Source: Lingula anatina
Lineage: Eukaryota; Animalia; Brachiopoda
Reading direction: 5' to 3'
DNA: 64,000 nt
Assembly: GCA_051362555.1 (NCBI GenBank)
Contig: CM120641.1
Span: forward strand, 22,072,001-22,136,000
Within the stretch, counting starts at the first letter, position 1, and the number at the start of each line of letters is the position of its first letter. The notes beneath the pieces are model-generated. The model worked only from the letters and a program-made list of their open reading frames with translations. It was not told the DNA's origin and ran no database searches. Shown here piece after piece: positions 39,435 through 53,379 of this stretch. The position numbers were made by a program, and so were the translations under genes.

Positions 39435-41072
39435 CACATTCTGAGGAGGAAGAGACTAAAAGGTTCGAAAGTGGACTGACAGCTCAAGTTTATAGTAGAA
39501 GTAATACAATGGAGTTGATGTAGATAAAAACACTGTAAGGACCCCAAGCTGGAATTTTGATTTTCTTGGAATGAAAATTAAAAGAGATATAATCAGTGGA
39601 TGTAATTGAATTTTTACAAAGTATATCCAGCTTGGAGCAAATCTTAAGTTCTGACGTCTGTTAAAAGCGACATGGCATGGTTGCTCAGAGAGTTATTTTA
39701 TAAACCAGGAGCTGGATCCATTATTTATAATCACACGTTAAAAAACATAGCTACTTTTTTCTATCAGAAATCTGCATTTGGGGTCTACTGGTAGTTTTCA
39801 GAAAATGAAGTTCCTTTGTTTTTTTAAATTAAATACATCAACAAAAATACAATTGCACAAAATTGATTGTGGTGCTAAAACAGAACTGCAAACAACACAG
39901 TTCATATAACAATAATTTTACATCCATCAATAAAAATGTATAAAAACTTATTGTATCTTATCATATTGTGATTAGTATAAATAATGTATACTTCTTTAAT
40001 CATGTATATCACTTATATATGAAGAATGTGAAGGTTCACTATACCAGTTCTATTGCTTGCACTTCGTAAAATCCATCTGTACATACTGTATATAACATAT
40101 TTGCTGGGAAATGGTTTATTTAAATGCAGCCTGTCACACCATAACGCTGTTTTATTTTTCAGGACTGACTTTCAGATTCAGTATGTTACAGGCAAATGTC
40201 CAATTTATGTGAGGCCATTATATGGCATGTTCACTGGACATTTGGATACATCTTTGGCTATAGTTACACCTATGACTTTATTACTACTTATCTGATTGTA
40301 TTTTTCTGACTACACACTTTTGAGTGGGAATTCCTTTTAATTATAAACAATATCCTATGAATGATATAACAAAATAAACAGAGCAGAATAATAACAATCA
40401 GTGCTCAATAATAATGTGGTTTTATAAACCACATCAACTACCTCTGGGCAAAACATCAACATTTTTTTTTGTCAAATGCCATAAACCCTCTCTGATAATA
40501 TGTGGTGCATAAAATAAATCCTTTCACAAACAATAGTAACACCTTTGGTATGAGCACATATACAACAACAGGAAAGATTGATGCCAAGTGAGATACAAAC
40601 ATTTTTTTCTATCAGGATTTGTGAAAAAATATCTTAGCTACTTCATTTTGAGGGGAACAGTTATCCAATAAAGCTGTTATTTCTTCATGAAACTACAGCT
40701 GTAAAATGCCACACAATGTGATGACATGAAAACCATTTAACCAGTACTTACATTAAGATACATCAATAAATAGCAGTTGAAGTTGTTAATATTCATGATA
40801 AACTAATGAGTTTACGGCAGGATTTAATGGTCCAAATGAAGCTTTGAATCAAAAAGATTTTCAGCTCTTCACCTGAATCAAATAGATTTTCAGCTATTTA
40901 CCTTCTAAATAAATATATTTTTGTCTCCCATTACAAAAAAGAAATCGTACTTCTTGTTATTTTTGAGTCACAGTATTAGGTGTGAGAGAAGTATAAGTAC
41001 TGCAATTATGCTTTTCAATCAGAGTTGAGTACAATCTGTCACTGCCACTATGCAACAATCTTCAGCATAGTC

Positions 41073-43625
41073 TCAAAATGGCGAGTTCATTCCGAGTTTG
41101 GTACCAAAGTTCAGCCTTGCCCTCTTCTGATACCTCACGGCAAGCCTAGTAAAAAAGCCAAATTAATAATGATCATTATATATACAAAAAGACCAGAAAA
41201 ATATATTGTAATCCTATCACTCATATCAAATTATATCTACTTTATTTCAAAAAAAAAAAAAAAAAAAAACTAGCAATTTTAAAAAGAGAATACTTCTTTG
41301 GCGTAAGCAAAGTGTCATTATTGTCCATCAAATTTGAAGTTATTTCTATTTTTGTATCAAGTCGATGATTCTAAGACATAACAGGTACTGTTGCTACTTT
41401 ACTTGATTTCATGCATCTTGACCATCTCTAGTAGTGGTAATAACAGCAGAGGCCAGATGACTGCCACCACCCAGGTGACCACAGGAATGTCTGCAAGCAG
41501 TGCACTCTCTTCCTCTCTGTATACGTGGACATCACAGATACTGTAGATTACTTGGAGAACCAAGCTACAACAACATAAGGAAAGCCTCAAAAAGCATTAT
41601 GAACATCTCAGTAGAATTATCCTTAAATCCAATGTCTTACAAGAACTACTTCATCAACTACTTTTCACATGTTGTTATAATGCATACAGTGAAAACTTCT
41701 TCTGCTTAATAAGTAATTAAAATTGAACAGTCACAGGATTAATAAACCATCGGTGATCCATATCACTTACATGGCTGGAGCTACAACACACCACAGTTTG
41801 TTGGTGCAGGGAGCTCTCCTCCACAGATGGTAATATCTGTGCACTGAACTGACCGAGCTCAAAACTGCAATAGTAAAACATGTCTTCAATAAAGGTTTTT
41901 TTTCTCATGTCGAACCTAATGAAACAGTTGGCTACAGGAGTAAAAACTACATCTTGGAACTTTAAAAAAAATCCTTTTATCTCAGTTGCAGTTAAAATTG
42001 TTAACATTTGATTAATCATTTTGTATTAACTAACCTGTGTAAAGTACGAATTGACTTAGTAGAATATTCTGTGCCAACACTAAGCCACTGTGATATTGTG
42101 TGGACCAGCCACGCCAATCACCAGGGGTGCTATATTGCCTGAGGAAGCATGGGAAAAGATTTATTCTTTCAGTTCTTTCCAACACGAAAAAATAACTGCA
42201 AGAAATCTAAGAAATCAGTGCAATTTTCAAGTCAATACTTTTATGTAAAGAAAATTTCACATGAGAATATCAACATGACAGTAAAAGTCTTCTGTTTGGC
42301 AGTGCTTCCAAAAAGGATATAAAACTCATTTATCAAGAATAATCAGTGTTCCACAAAATGATGGAAAACTACTCACATATTTCCAAAACAGGCATGACAA
42401 GCCTCAGCCATGCCAGTGTTCTTAACACACAGTCCATACAAGGAGAATCCAAAGCATAACAATATTATCAGCAAAGATGGGACAAATCTTAGAATAAAAT
42501 ATACGATGTACTGGACAATCACCTGAAAATGCGACAAAAAAAATTGTTGAAATTTGTGAAATGGCTTTAACTGAGCCAATGCATGCGAGTATTACGTACT
42601 TAAATTTTAAAATAAAAAATGACTGCCTGATTAATTTTTTTCAATGGCTTACTTCATTCTCAATGCAGATTTGAGAAAACCATCAAAGCAGTCTTCTTGA
42701 TCATGTGTATTAAGCACTGATACATACATCTTTGGTCAAGTAGTCTTCATTCTTGCCCGAGGCCAGGGTCATGATGTGCGGGTCTAATGGGTTTCCAAAG
42801 TGTACTAAACTGAGGCTAGGGGCCACCACTAGGAGGAGCCACAGAAGGTGACGGCTGGCTAGCACTGGAGGCAGGAGAAATATGGCTGCCAAGAGCTGGA
42901 TGAGAGATATGGACAGATGATAGGACAGGAGGCAGAGGAAAGAGTTCCTCATTGCTACACAGTGGTGTCTGGCCTGGAATAGAACAAAAATAATAAACAA
43001 GGCAGCAAAGCTATAAAGTGTACAGACAACAAGAAAGAAAAGTAACCCAATCAAGCTGGTTTGCCAATTTGAGCTGTATGTCAATCTTTCTTGTAAGTTA
43101 CAAAATAATAAGTTACACAGTATTCCTTTTAGAGCATTTGTAATGGTAGTACACAAAACATCTGTCTGTACATAAAAAATATAAAATACTATTTATAAAA
43201 TGCTCTATCAGTTGACCACAAATTATTATTTAAAAGGTATTTTTCTATTAATAAAAATACAAAAGTGATTATTGACGCAGCTGTCTCACCTCTGCAATAA
43301 GCTGTGTGAGGCTGATATTGTCAGACCTAAAGAACACCAAAGAACAACCCAGACTGTTCAGCAGCCTGTTGATATCCATTGGAGAGAGTTCTTCTTCCTC
43401 CCATGGCTCAGTCATCACAGACTGCTTCATACACAGCTGTGGGTACTGAGGCTCTAGGCCAATACTAGGGAGACAAACCACGAAATATGATAATGATCAA
43501 TACAAATTTAACATTAAACACAAAAATAATAAAATGAAAGGAGGATAGAAAACATCAATTATAAAATGAAATAGATCAGTAATGTTTGTTTTGTTACATA
43601 TTAATACAATTTATTGATTTTGCAT

Positions 43626-43702
<77 letters not shown>

Positions 43703-46700
43703 TACCTTGCATCAGCTTGGATAAAAGAAGCTGTATTCTGTATACAAGCAGTGCTCCCTATACAGCAAACCACCTCCCCATATTCCTGCATTATCTGGAT
43801 CATCTCTCTGGTGGCTGGAAGTATACAAAAAACACGACAATTTAATACAGATAAATATGGACTGAATTATTATTAAAATTTTTTGTCATGATCTTTAGAT
43901 GATAAAACAGTCGTGCCATTATTAATATTTATCTCTGTACATTTTCACCAGGTCAGGCTGGTGAAAAACTTTAAATAATGTACATGTTATTCTTGATGTC
44001 ATTTAGTCTCAAATGGTGTTGTGATTTCAATGTACTTACTTCCCTTGGTACAGTCAGTGAACAGTGACACCAGCAAAGGCACATTGTCTACATGCTCTAA
44101 GTGGGGCCGGATGTTCTCTATTCCCTTGGGAAGCTTGGCCTACAAAAAGAAATTCTTTCATTTACTTCTTCTTAAATATTCCTTACTTCTTCCAATTAAA
44201 ACCAGTTCAATTTTGTGCCATATTTTTTCCATTAAAATCTATTTAAATAATCTCTTTATATCTGTTTACACATTACCCCTGCTCTAACACATCATTGTGT
44301 TAATAATTTGTTAGTCTCTCATGAACTTATCCTGTTAGATATACCCCCCGCCTATACATGTGATATTATCAGTCTAAGTCCCTTGTGAACTTACCCTGTT
44401 AGACATATCAAACCCCCCAGACATAGTATCATCAGTGTTAGATGTCCTGTGACTGCCATAGTGTGCTGCTATTTCCACCATCTCCTGTTCCTCTGCTGGC
44501 GACAAATCTGACTGGTAGGCTATATGGATGTCTGGCTGAAAATATCCCTCTGGACTGACATTAGAGGTAAAGTTGGTGTATGGAGTTTCATCTGAGGTAA
44601 AATGCGATCTTGGTGTCTCCTGAATTTTCACCTCTTCAACCTGTACTCCATCAATGTTGCACACTGCTCCATCTAGTTCATCATTTTGAGACATTTGGAC
44701 TGATTGGTTAACTGCCTGAGACGACTGTCCTGATTGGTGGATGACTTGATTGACAACTACAGTCTGCACTGTATCGTCTGATCTAATACTGTTGCAGTTT
44801 TCCTCAGAGGGCTGCATTGAGAACCGCACCTGTGGGTCTTCTATGTGTATCAGTGAGGGTGCACTGTGGCGGCGAGATTTATCTCGTGACCGTGAACTTC
44901 TGTTCAGAGTGTCTACAGAGACGTGACTAGAGATCTTTGATGTCCTGTGTGACTGGTTGCTGGTATTGGAGTCTGGCTGACTGGTGCTTTCTGTGTAGTC
45001 ACCACTGAGGAGAGAGATATGACAGTTCCACCCAGCCTCCAATCCCATCTTCTCTGAGAACACCTGATAATAAAATAGACACACTAATGTACATAAATAC
45101 ATTTTATTTTCCATCTTGGCTCCTTCAAAAGTCACTTGTAATCTTTGAAGCACTGCATCCCCAAATTATCTGTGAACATTAAGAAAAAACTAATGTTGCA
45201 TATATTGTTTGATGAAAGAATAAGACTGATACTTACTCTACTTCTCAATTCATTTTCCTCTGAAAAATGCACAAATCTGATGCATGCTGTCTCCAGATTT
45301 TCAATTAATTTCACAACATCCTGCAAGGCAAAAACGGAAACCTTTTCAAAATTCTTACTTATATTTAATACAGTAACAAAATTATGTTCTCTGTTGATAA
45401 CAAATATAAAATTTGACCCTTAACACAAGTTTTTATATTTCATTCACTTGAATTATAGAGTCCAGCAGAGGGCATTTTTCAAGACAGTCCACATACCAGT
45501 CTGGCCTGGTACTGCATGGTGACCATTCCAATAAAAATCTGATTGCACTGAGCCTTGAAGAGATCCACAGCATCCTTAATGGAGGCTGAGCTAGACTCAC
45601 TGTACAGGGAGTCCACACTGATGGAGAGATGGGTGCCCTTCAGCAGGCGGCTGTCCAGTGACTCCACGTCCCATGACCTGGGGTAATAGAAGAGAAATGA
45701 AAAATTAGTTACCAACTTGGATTTTACCTGACAAATGGTCTATCATTACTTTACAAAAACATCTTTCTGCAACAAAACCATTACTACAAGGGTAAAGATG
45801 GAAGCTGGGCAAACAAACAACACTTTATCAATGACATCAATTTTTATACTGTAGAGGATGAAAATGTGTAAGTTCTATGGTAAAATAATTGAACAAAAAA
45901 CATGTAAAGTAGCTTTTGCATATCTATCTTATAAGTGACCAGAAACTACCCACCATGCACCATGGAAGTCTGTCTTTAAATGTTGTACTTAAGTTGATAT
46001 CTGAATAGATTGCTGTATGTAGACCCAAAGTGCAACAATAGAAATATTTGTGTAAGAACTGCTGATAATCATAGTTTACCTCGTGGGTGTAGGACTTCTA
46101 GCCAGAGGGTAAAGGTGGCTGCAGTCTTCAGGGAGCTCTATAAACAGGCACCCCATGCTGTCACTGATGTGATGTGTGATTGGGCGATATGAGAAAGCAG
46201 TGCAATAGGATGCCATGCTAGTACGGTTGTAGAAATCAAGAATCTTCTTCCTAGAATGTGGAGTGAAAATGAATATGTGGGTAAAATGAGAAAAGAGCGA
46301 CAATTTCTATCTTGTCCTGAAGAAACCATCCATTCCAGGAAGTCTACACATTAAATTTGCCACTGCAATCTCTCACTATATGAAAATAAAAAAATGAGAA
46401 AATCAGGATAATTTCTATCTTGTCATAAGGAAACCTTCCAATCCAGGAACTGAAAACACTGAATTTTCCACTTCAATCTGACTCTATCTATATATATATA
46501 TATATATATATATCTATCAGGCTATTCACAATTTATTTATCATTCATGTACCTGTCAGTATCGGTGAGAGGGCAGATATCTTGACCATCCCAGAACTCTG
46601 TGCAGGACTCCAGCAAGATATCAGCCGTGCCCTGGGACATCAGCTGCGTGGCTCCTGGTATGGACAATATGTCATAACTGAACACTGACAATACACTGAC

Positions 46701-49700
46701 AATATTTTATTGGCTTTGTATTACATATTAAGCATGCGGTGAAAAACAGAGCCTCTTCAGATTTTTCTTTTGTTTTTCTTAGTAAGTGTTATAAAAGATC
46801 AAGCTGAAAATTGAATTTATTTTACTCTAAGTTACAAGTACCTGTTTTGGTTTCTTGAACAACAACAGACATCATATTAGGCATGGGAATCTTGTGAATA
46901 ACTAAACTTTTATTTCTTTGCAACTTTTCTTTTGCTCTCACTTCCAGTGGCTGAAAAGGAAATTATAATCTATGAATATCTTTCATTACATTACGGACCA
47001 AATACAGACAGACAGCTGCAAACAAAAGATGACCAATGTACATAAATATGTATGATAAATTCAAATCTTTTATTACTTTTTGTAATTTTACCAATATTTG
47101 CTCGTGCCTTACCACATGCTTGTACATCCCAAACTCCAACTGTTTTTGAAATATCTCCATTGCCTTGTGTGTAAACCCTATCTGTCGTGCTAACTCACAC
47201 AGACACCTGAAACAAAAATGGTGCATTTTGTGTAATGATCAGATAATTACAATCCAATCTTATACTACAATTTAAATTCATTTACATTAAGGACACACAC
47301 ACATACTCTTCAAAGAAAGCACCAGACAGCCTTAAAACAATTTAAGATTTAATAAAGACACAAAATTTGGCAAAAAATATATATCGATTTTATTAATATC
47401 AAATATCTTAATCTTGGTTAGTGATTTTATAAAATTGTTAGTTTACCTTCTGTTAACTACTGCCACGGTGTCCTCATTTTTAAGTGCTGCCACCCCTATG
47501 TGGTCTGTGAAAGTCTGGTACGCATTCACAGTGGATTTATTGCACGTATTCAACAGTATATTCAAACCCTGAACGATAAATACAAAAACTGATTCAGAAA
47601 TCATTTCCGAATTATATATTTCACCTACTTTCTAATGACTCAAATTATTGATATTCATTTCAATTACAGATACATATTGTTATCTTAGTGAGATATATCA
47701 TCTCAAATAAAAGCTCAATATAAAATAAACTCAACATTTCAATGTACAGGTGACTGTGTTACATACCAGTGGTTTCAATGAATTCAGATATTTCTTCCAG
47801 GCTGGGTCATCAAACTGGAGCCCAAATGCATCCTGGGAGATAAAGAATGATCTTATCTTGCAAATTTTTCAATAATAATATTTGGACAAAATTTCCTCTA
47901 CACTTTAAAGTAAACACATTTAACACATTATTGTACCCTCTTGTACAAAACTAATTCTTTGGTACACCAACCTTTGCCATATAACTAAGCAAAACAATAT
48001 ATTTTGGTAAAAACAAAAACTGATGTGTAAACAGAAATATATAACATGGATTCTGCCTTATTATGTAAATAAAAGAAGTCTGCCAATCAAGAACATCTGA
48101 GTTCACTGCCCAATGGACACCAACCTTAGCATCATGTGTGAGGTCTAAAACTTCTATATGATAGTCAGGAGTAAGGGCTGGAATCCAAACAAACTTATCA
48201 GTCATAAAAGATTGACCTTAACCTCTTTCTTTTTCAAAATTTTAATACCTCATTAACCTGATATTTCAACATCTTTTAACATTTATGGATATAGTAACAC
48301 AAGATATGCAACACTAATTTTGCTAATGAAGCAGTATTATTCCAATTCAATGTGTAATTGCCATAACAGATTTTGAAAAAGCATCAATTGCAATTAAAAT
48401 TTTCCTCATCAAGTTGCTCTTAAATATTCTTATCTATTCACTCATATTTATATATTATGAAGGGTGGTATTTGAATCAAACAAACAAACAAACAAACAAA
48501 CAAACACACATACCCTGGTCCACGTTCTCTTCCTCTTCTTCTGCAGCATCTTTCTGAGCCTTTTCCAGTTCTGCCTCCACCTTACCCTTCTTCCCTGCAT
48601 GCTTGCACTGTGTTCCACTTGAAAAGAAGAACACTTTCTCAGCTGTGGGGTTTGGCCAGGATAGGATACCCTTCTTGTCTATACAACACAGGGACTGGAA
48701 TTACAGCAATAGATATCATTTGTCAATACCTACTTTCATTTCTACCAGTATTTATATTGAATAAATGCAGATTAAAAAGACAATAATAATAAGTGTATGT
48801 GGTTCAAATAACAAACAAGGGCAAGGGAAAATAAATAATAAACAGACTTTTTCGGATGAAATACTTGATTAATGATTTAAAATATGAATAATCATGCACC
48901 AACAGAATTTTCAGAATGGATTATCATTAACAGAAGTGGTGATAATGTACAACACATATAAACATTCATATCATAAATACAGGAATAAATAGGTATAAGG
49001 ACAAAGCTAGCATTACTGATAAAACATCTCCTATACAGAGAAGGTTACTCAATTGCTCACATTGATATTTCCTAGGGCATGTACACTATTTGCTGTTCTG
49101 GGTAAGGAAATGCTGGGTCCCTTCAGAAGCTCCAAGAAGTGCCTCCAAACCTGTCTCCATTCATAGTGGACCACTATCTCATCCTCAGAGATGTTTGTTT
49201 CAACACTGAAGCGATCTAAATCTGAATACTGTAAACAAGTACCATTAATTATTACAAACTTTAGTTAGTAAATGTAGATCAAATCATTGTCACTGCTTTT
49301 TCGCAGATTGAACCATTTTACCATATTTATTATACTCCAATTTAAATCCTATTCAGTTTTTCTTACTACCACTCCTTTAGATTAACAGATTCCAAAAGAT
49401 TTGAAGCCTTTAAAGCTACGTAGTGGCCCCTTGAGACACCAGGGTCTAAGGATAAACTGAACCAAAACAGAAGTGGTGTCTAGTAATTAATAAAAATTTA
49501 TACAATTTCACTGGTTTTGTTTCAATTTTACTGACATTTAGCTAGGACCAGTGCTAACAAGACAGGCTACATGTATGCTATTATTCATGGAAAATATCAC
49601 CTAAGTTTACCTCATACTGCTGCCCCTTGCCTTCATCAAAGACTGCCAATATTCTGGCGTGTCCCAGCAGGTTCAGCATGTACCACAGGAGGGGGAACAA

Positions 49701-52700
49701 CACTGGGAGAAATGGCCACGTGGCATGGACCTTGGTGAAGAATATATACTTAAGTTAACTGGTCCATTACATTATAAGGTTTAAAAATTATGTCGAATCT
49801 ATATCAGAATCCATATTTTTTACTGTACTTATACGCCCACTATTGTGTCAAGAATAAAGTAAAGCAGAAATATATACAAACTGAATATAGAGAATGACCC
49901 TTATTTTAACCAAACGGCTAAGCAAAACAGATTTCAAAAAAGTTCTTATAAACATAAATGAAGTTTTTGAACAAAATCAACCCATGTTTTTTTCTCACTT
50001 GATATTTACCACTTCCTTATACAGGTTATACTTTAACATATTAACTGACCTGTAAGACAATGACCATTTCTGTCCAATGCCCAGCACTTTCCTCCAACAA
50101 TACAATCCTCAGAATATTTGTAATAAGGAGGATAAGCTAAAATAACAAAGAGCAAGAAGAAAAACTGTCAGGACTCCTGTAAAACAGCCGTTTGACATGA
50201 TTCTGAGTCTTGAGTTGTAAAATGATTTTTGGTAGAATTGTCTATAGATTTCAAAATTGCATAATATTATTAAAGATGTCCAAAACCTCCATATGATATC
50301 TAACATTTTGCACACTTAAATTTTGCTAGATGAATAAGTTCATGTATATCAGTTTATTCCAGTTCAAGGCTGATTTATTATTCAGCATTACAGAGCAGTA
50401 CTCACAAATACTGTAGGCAGTAGAATCCTCAGTACACACAAGGTCCCCAGTGCGTATTGCTCATTATCTATAATACTGACAGGACGATTGCCACCTTTCT
50501 CTAGTATTGTCCTGGAATGAGTCAAACACCAAGTTAAGTTATAATTGATTAAATATAATGTATCAAACATCAGATTAATATATTTAACAGTAATTGTAAC
50601 AGATACTGCATACCATTTGAAATGGACGCTTCGTGAATATTAGCAAAAATAAATTATGGTGAAAATTGTAATGGGTATGATAGCTGGACTGATTCTATTA
50701 ATAATTTTCTAGATATATTAAATTTTTTCCATCGAATTACTATGATAATAAGCTATATATAAACAATTTCTCTTCTCTACCTGAGATTTTTCACAAAAGG
50801 TGTCTCCAGTAGGACGTAAGGTTTAGATTTCAATGGTTTCTGGTAGCAAGGCTGATCTGTGTGTTCTCTCTGACTGTCAACCTCTGGGGCAAACATTTCA
50901 CCCCCACTCAACTCCTCCTGAGTCTGGTTATCCACCTAGAACAACAGGATATATTCAAATACAACAAAAGCCATCAACTGGTTATTTCAGGGGCAGATCC
51001 AGAGATATTTTCTGACAGTCTTCCAAATTATCTTTGATGATCCATCCTCATTTTGACTGTCTTCCGACAGAAGAAATCAGATACCTGTCAATGTAAACTT
51101 GAAAATCTGACGGTTTTCTGGAAGACCCAGGAGTCGACCTCAATCTGCCCCTGTATTTGACCTACTTGCTGCACCTTCACTATTAATGCAGTAATGATAG
51201 GTCAGCTCTTCATGGTACAACTATTCTCTGTCATCTCATTAGGCAAAACTTAGTGTATTTAACAAGTGTATTGACCCGCCCCCTCCCTGATAGTGACATG
51301 CCAATCAGTGAACATGGGGGTGAACAGGAGAACAGAGGGAACATACTGTCTACAGGGATCTAATCTCTTTAAACCTTTTCCTAAAATAACTGAAGTGCAG
51401 ACATATTGTTGTAATTCTTCAATGGGCTTAAACTAACATTTATCCCATAAGCTCTACTACCTCTGCCAGCAAGCATCTGCACCTAGCAGGTGCTTTCTGC
51501 CCTGGTCTCATTATGATGATGTCGCCCTCTATCAGCAGGGTAGTTGGCAGGTTAATGACCTCATTGTCCCTGTATGTCCACTGTACAGACACTGAAGGGG
51601 ATAGTGGACACTGCAGCAAGAGGTAGTTAGACGGCGTCCAGGTACAAGTGCGGATACAAACTGAAACAAGGTTTATGTCACGATTACTACTAAAAAAAAA
51701 AGCAGTAGAAGAAAAAATGGAATGAACACTGTGTTTATCCTAGGTGCAGCATGCTTTCATTAATATTTTTTTTTTAAATCAACATTCAAGGCTATACTCC
51801 TCACTTCTACAACCCTGTTATGAAGTTTTTTTAATCAAAAATCATATTGTCAACAACTGAATTCACCTTTTAATTTGTCCAGCGCCTGTCTGGCATGATC
51901 AATTAGTTCACATGTCCTGAGTTTGGAATTATATCCAGTGTAGTACAAATTGATAGCTAAAAACACCAGCACCACCAGGGCTTCTACAGCTAACCAGGGA
52001 CTACTGCAATTGAAATTTTGAATTAAAATATTTTTAGAAATATCAATGGAAAGTGATAAAAATCTGATAATAACCTGATCAACTGTTAAAGATGAAATAT
52101 ATGAAGCCTACAGTAATGCCCTATCAATATGATGAAGATGATATTTCTGCCAGGTCATGTACATGTATACAATAAGACTAGAAAAAAAAATTTTCATCCT
52201 TAGCTACTATGGCCAATTTGCTACAGATAATAGGGAATGTCCGGGATAGCCTATTTTGAACATCTGCACAGCAGATGACGTCAAACGAGACCTGGATTGG
52301 AGCGAGATTTCACGAGAGGTGGGGTTAAAATCTGCCATTGAAACTTCTCTCGCGGTCGGGCACAAGTCTATGTTATAGGATTGCATTGAGTAAAATTTGG
52401 TGTTGTCATGTAATTTGAGATAGAGCAACGCAATGGCGAATTGCTAATGTTGTGTCGTAGGGTGCATTGCAGTTAAAGTTAAGCGAGAAAACCAGGAAAA
52501 GGATCATGGATGACGGACACGACTGGCGAGAGAGGTGAAGTGAAGAAAGAGAAGTTGGGCTTGATTAGATTAAAAGGACTACCTGTAAGTGCCGACATAT
52601 TTAAAGTACAGATCAGGTTGCAGTATTTTTTAGAAAGAAAGGGACCAACTGCAGGCAACTCGCACCCGACACGTCACTGGCTTCATGGCATCACCGTATA

Positions 52701-53295
52701 GACCGTATCATCAACGGGGCATATTAATAAGTAAGTTTTGTGTGTAGTTTACAGGACACCATGGTTTATTAATGTAATACAGCCCTAGTACTTGTGATTA
52801 ATAGTCTTTTACGGTAACTATATCAGACAAATTTGCTTATACCATTCCTGTCTCCATATAACGTGTACCTGATTATGAAATACTGGTGAACCTTTCCACA
52901 ACTATTAAGTATACACAATGTTCAGTTGCATTTGTAACATTCCATGCCGGGTGATCAGTTATGATAATTGCAAGTAAGGTAGAAATTAGAGTTGGTGTTT
53001 TACAACAACGTTTATCACATAATGATATATATTTCAGAAAACTAAGTGAGTTATTTTTTATTTATTTTAGAGCATGACAGACATGTTATTAAACCAGGCA
53101 AGAACTGTGAGAGTCATGTGGTCAGGATAATCAGATGTTGAAGATTGCTCAGTGTATATTAATCTCTTATGTCCTATTAGTTATTATGTTGTTTACTTAA
53201 TTATATCAGGAATCAACAGATGGCATTTTTGTCTGGGTGTCACTTACAGTATCAGGCATTTTCTTTATTACTTTAAAATGAAATATTTGGTTTTA

Positions 53296-53379
<84 letters not shown>

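Noticed and set aside
43586-43876. ORF with a poly-RE tract
   Set aside because: Translation of a (GA)n microsatellite antisense to TMEM94.
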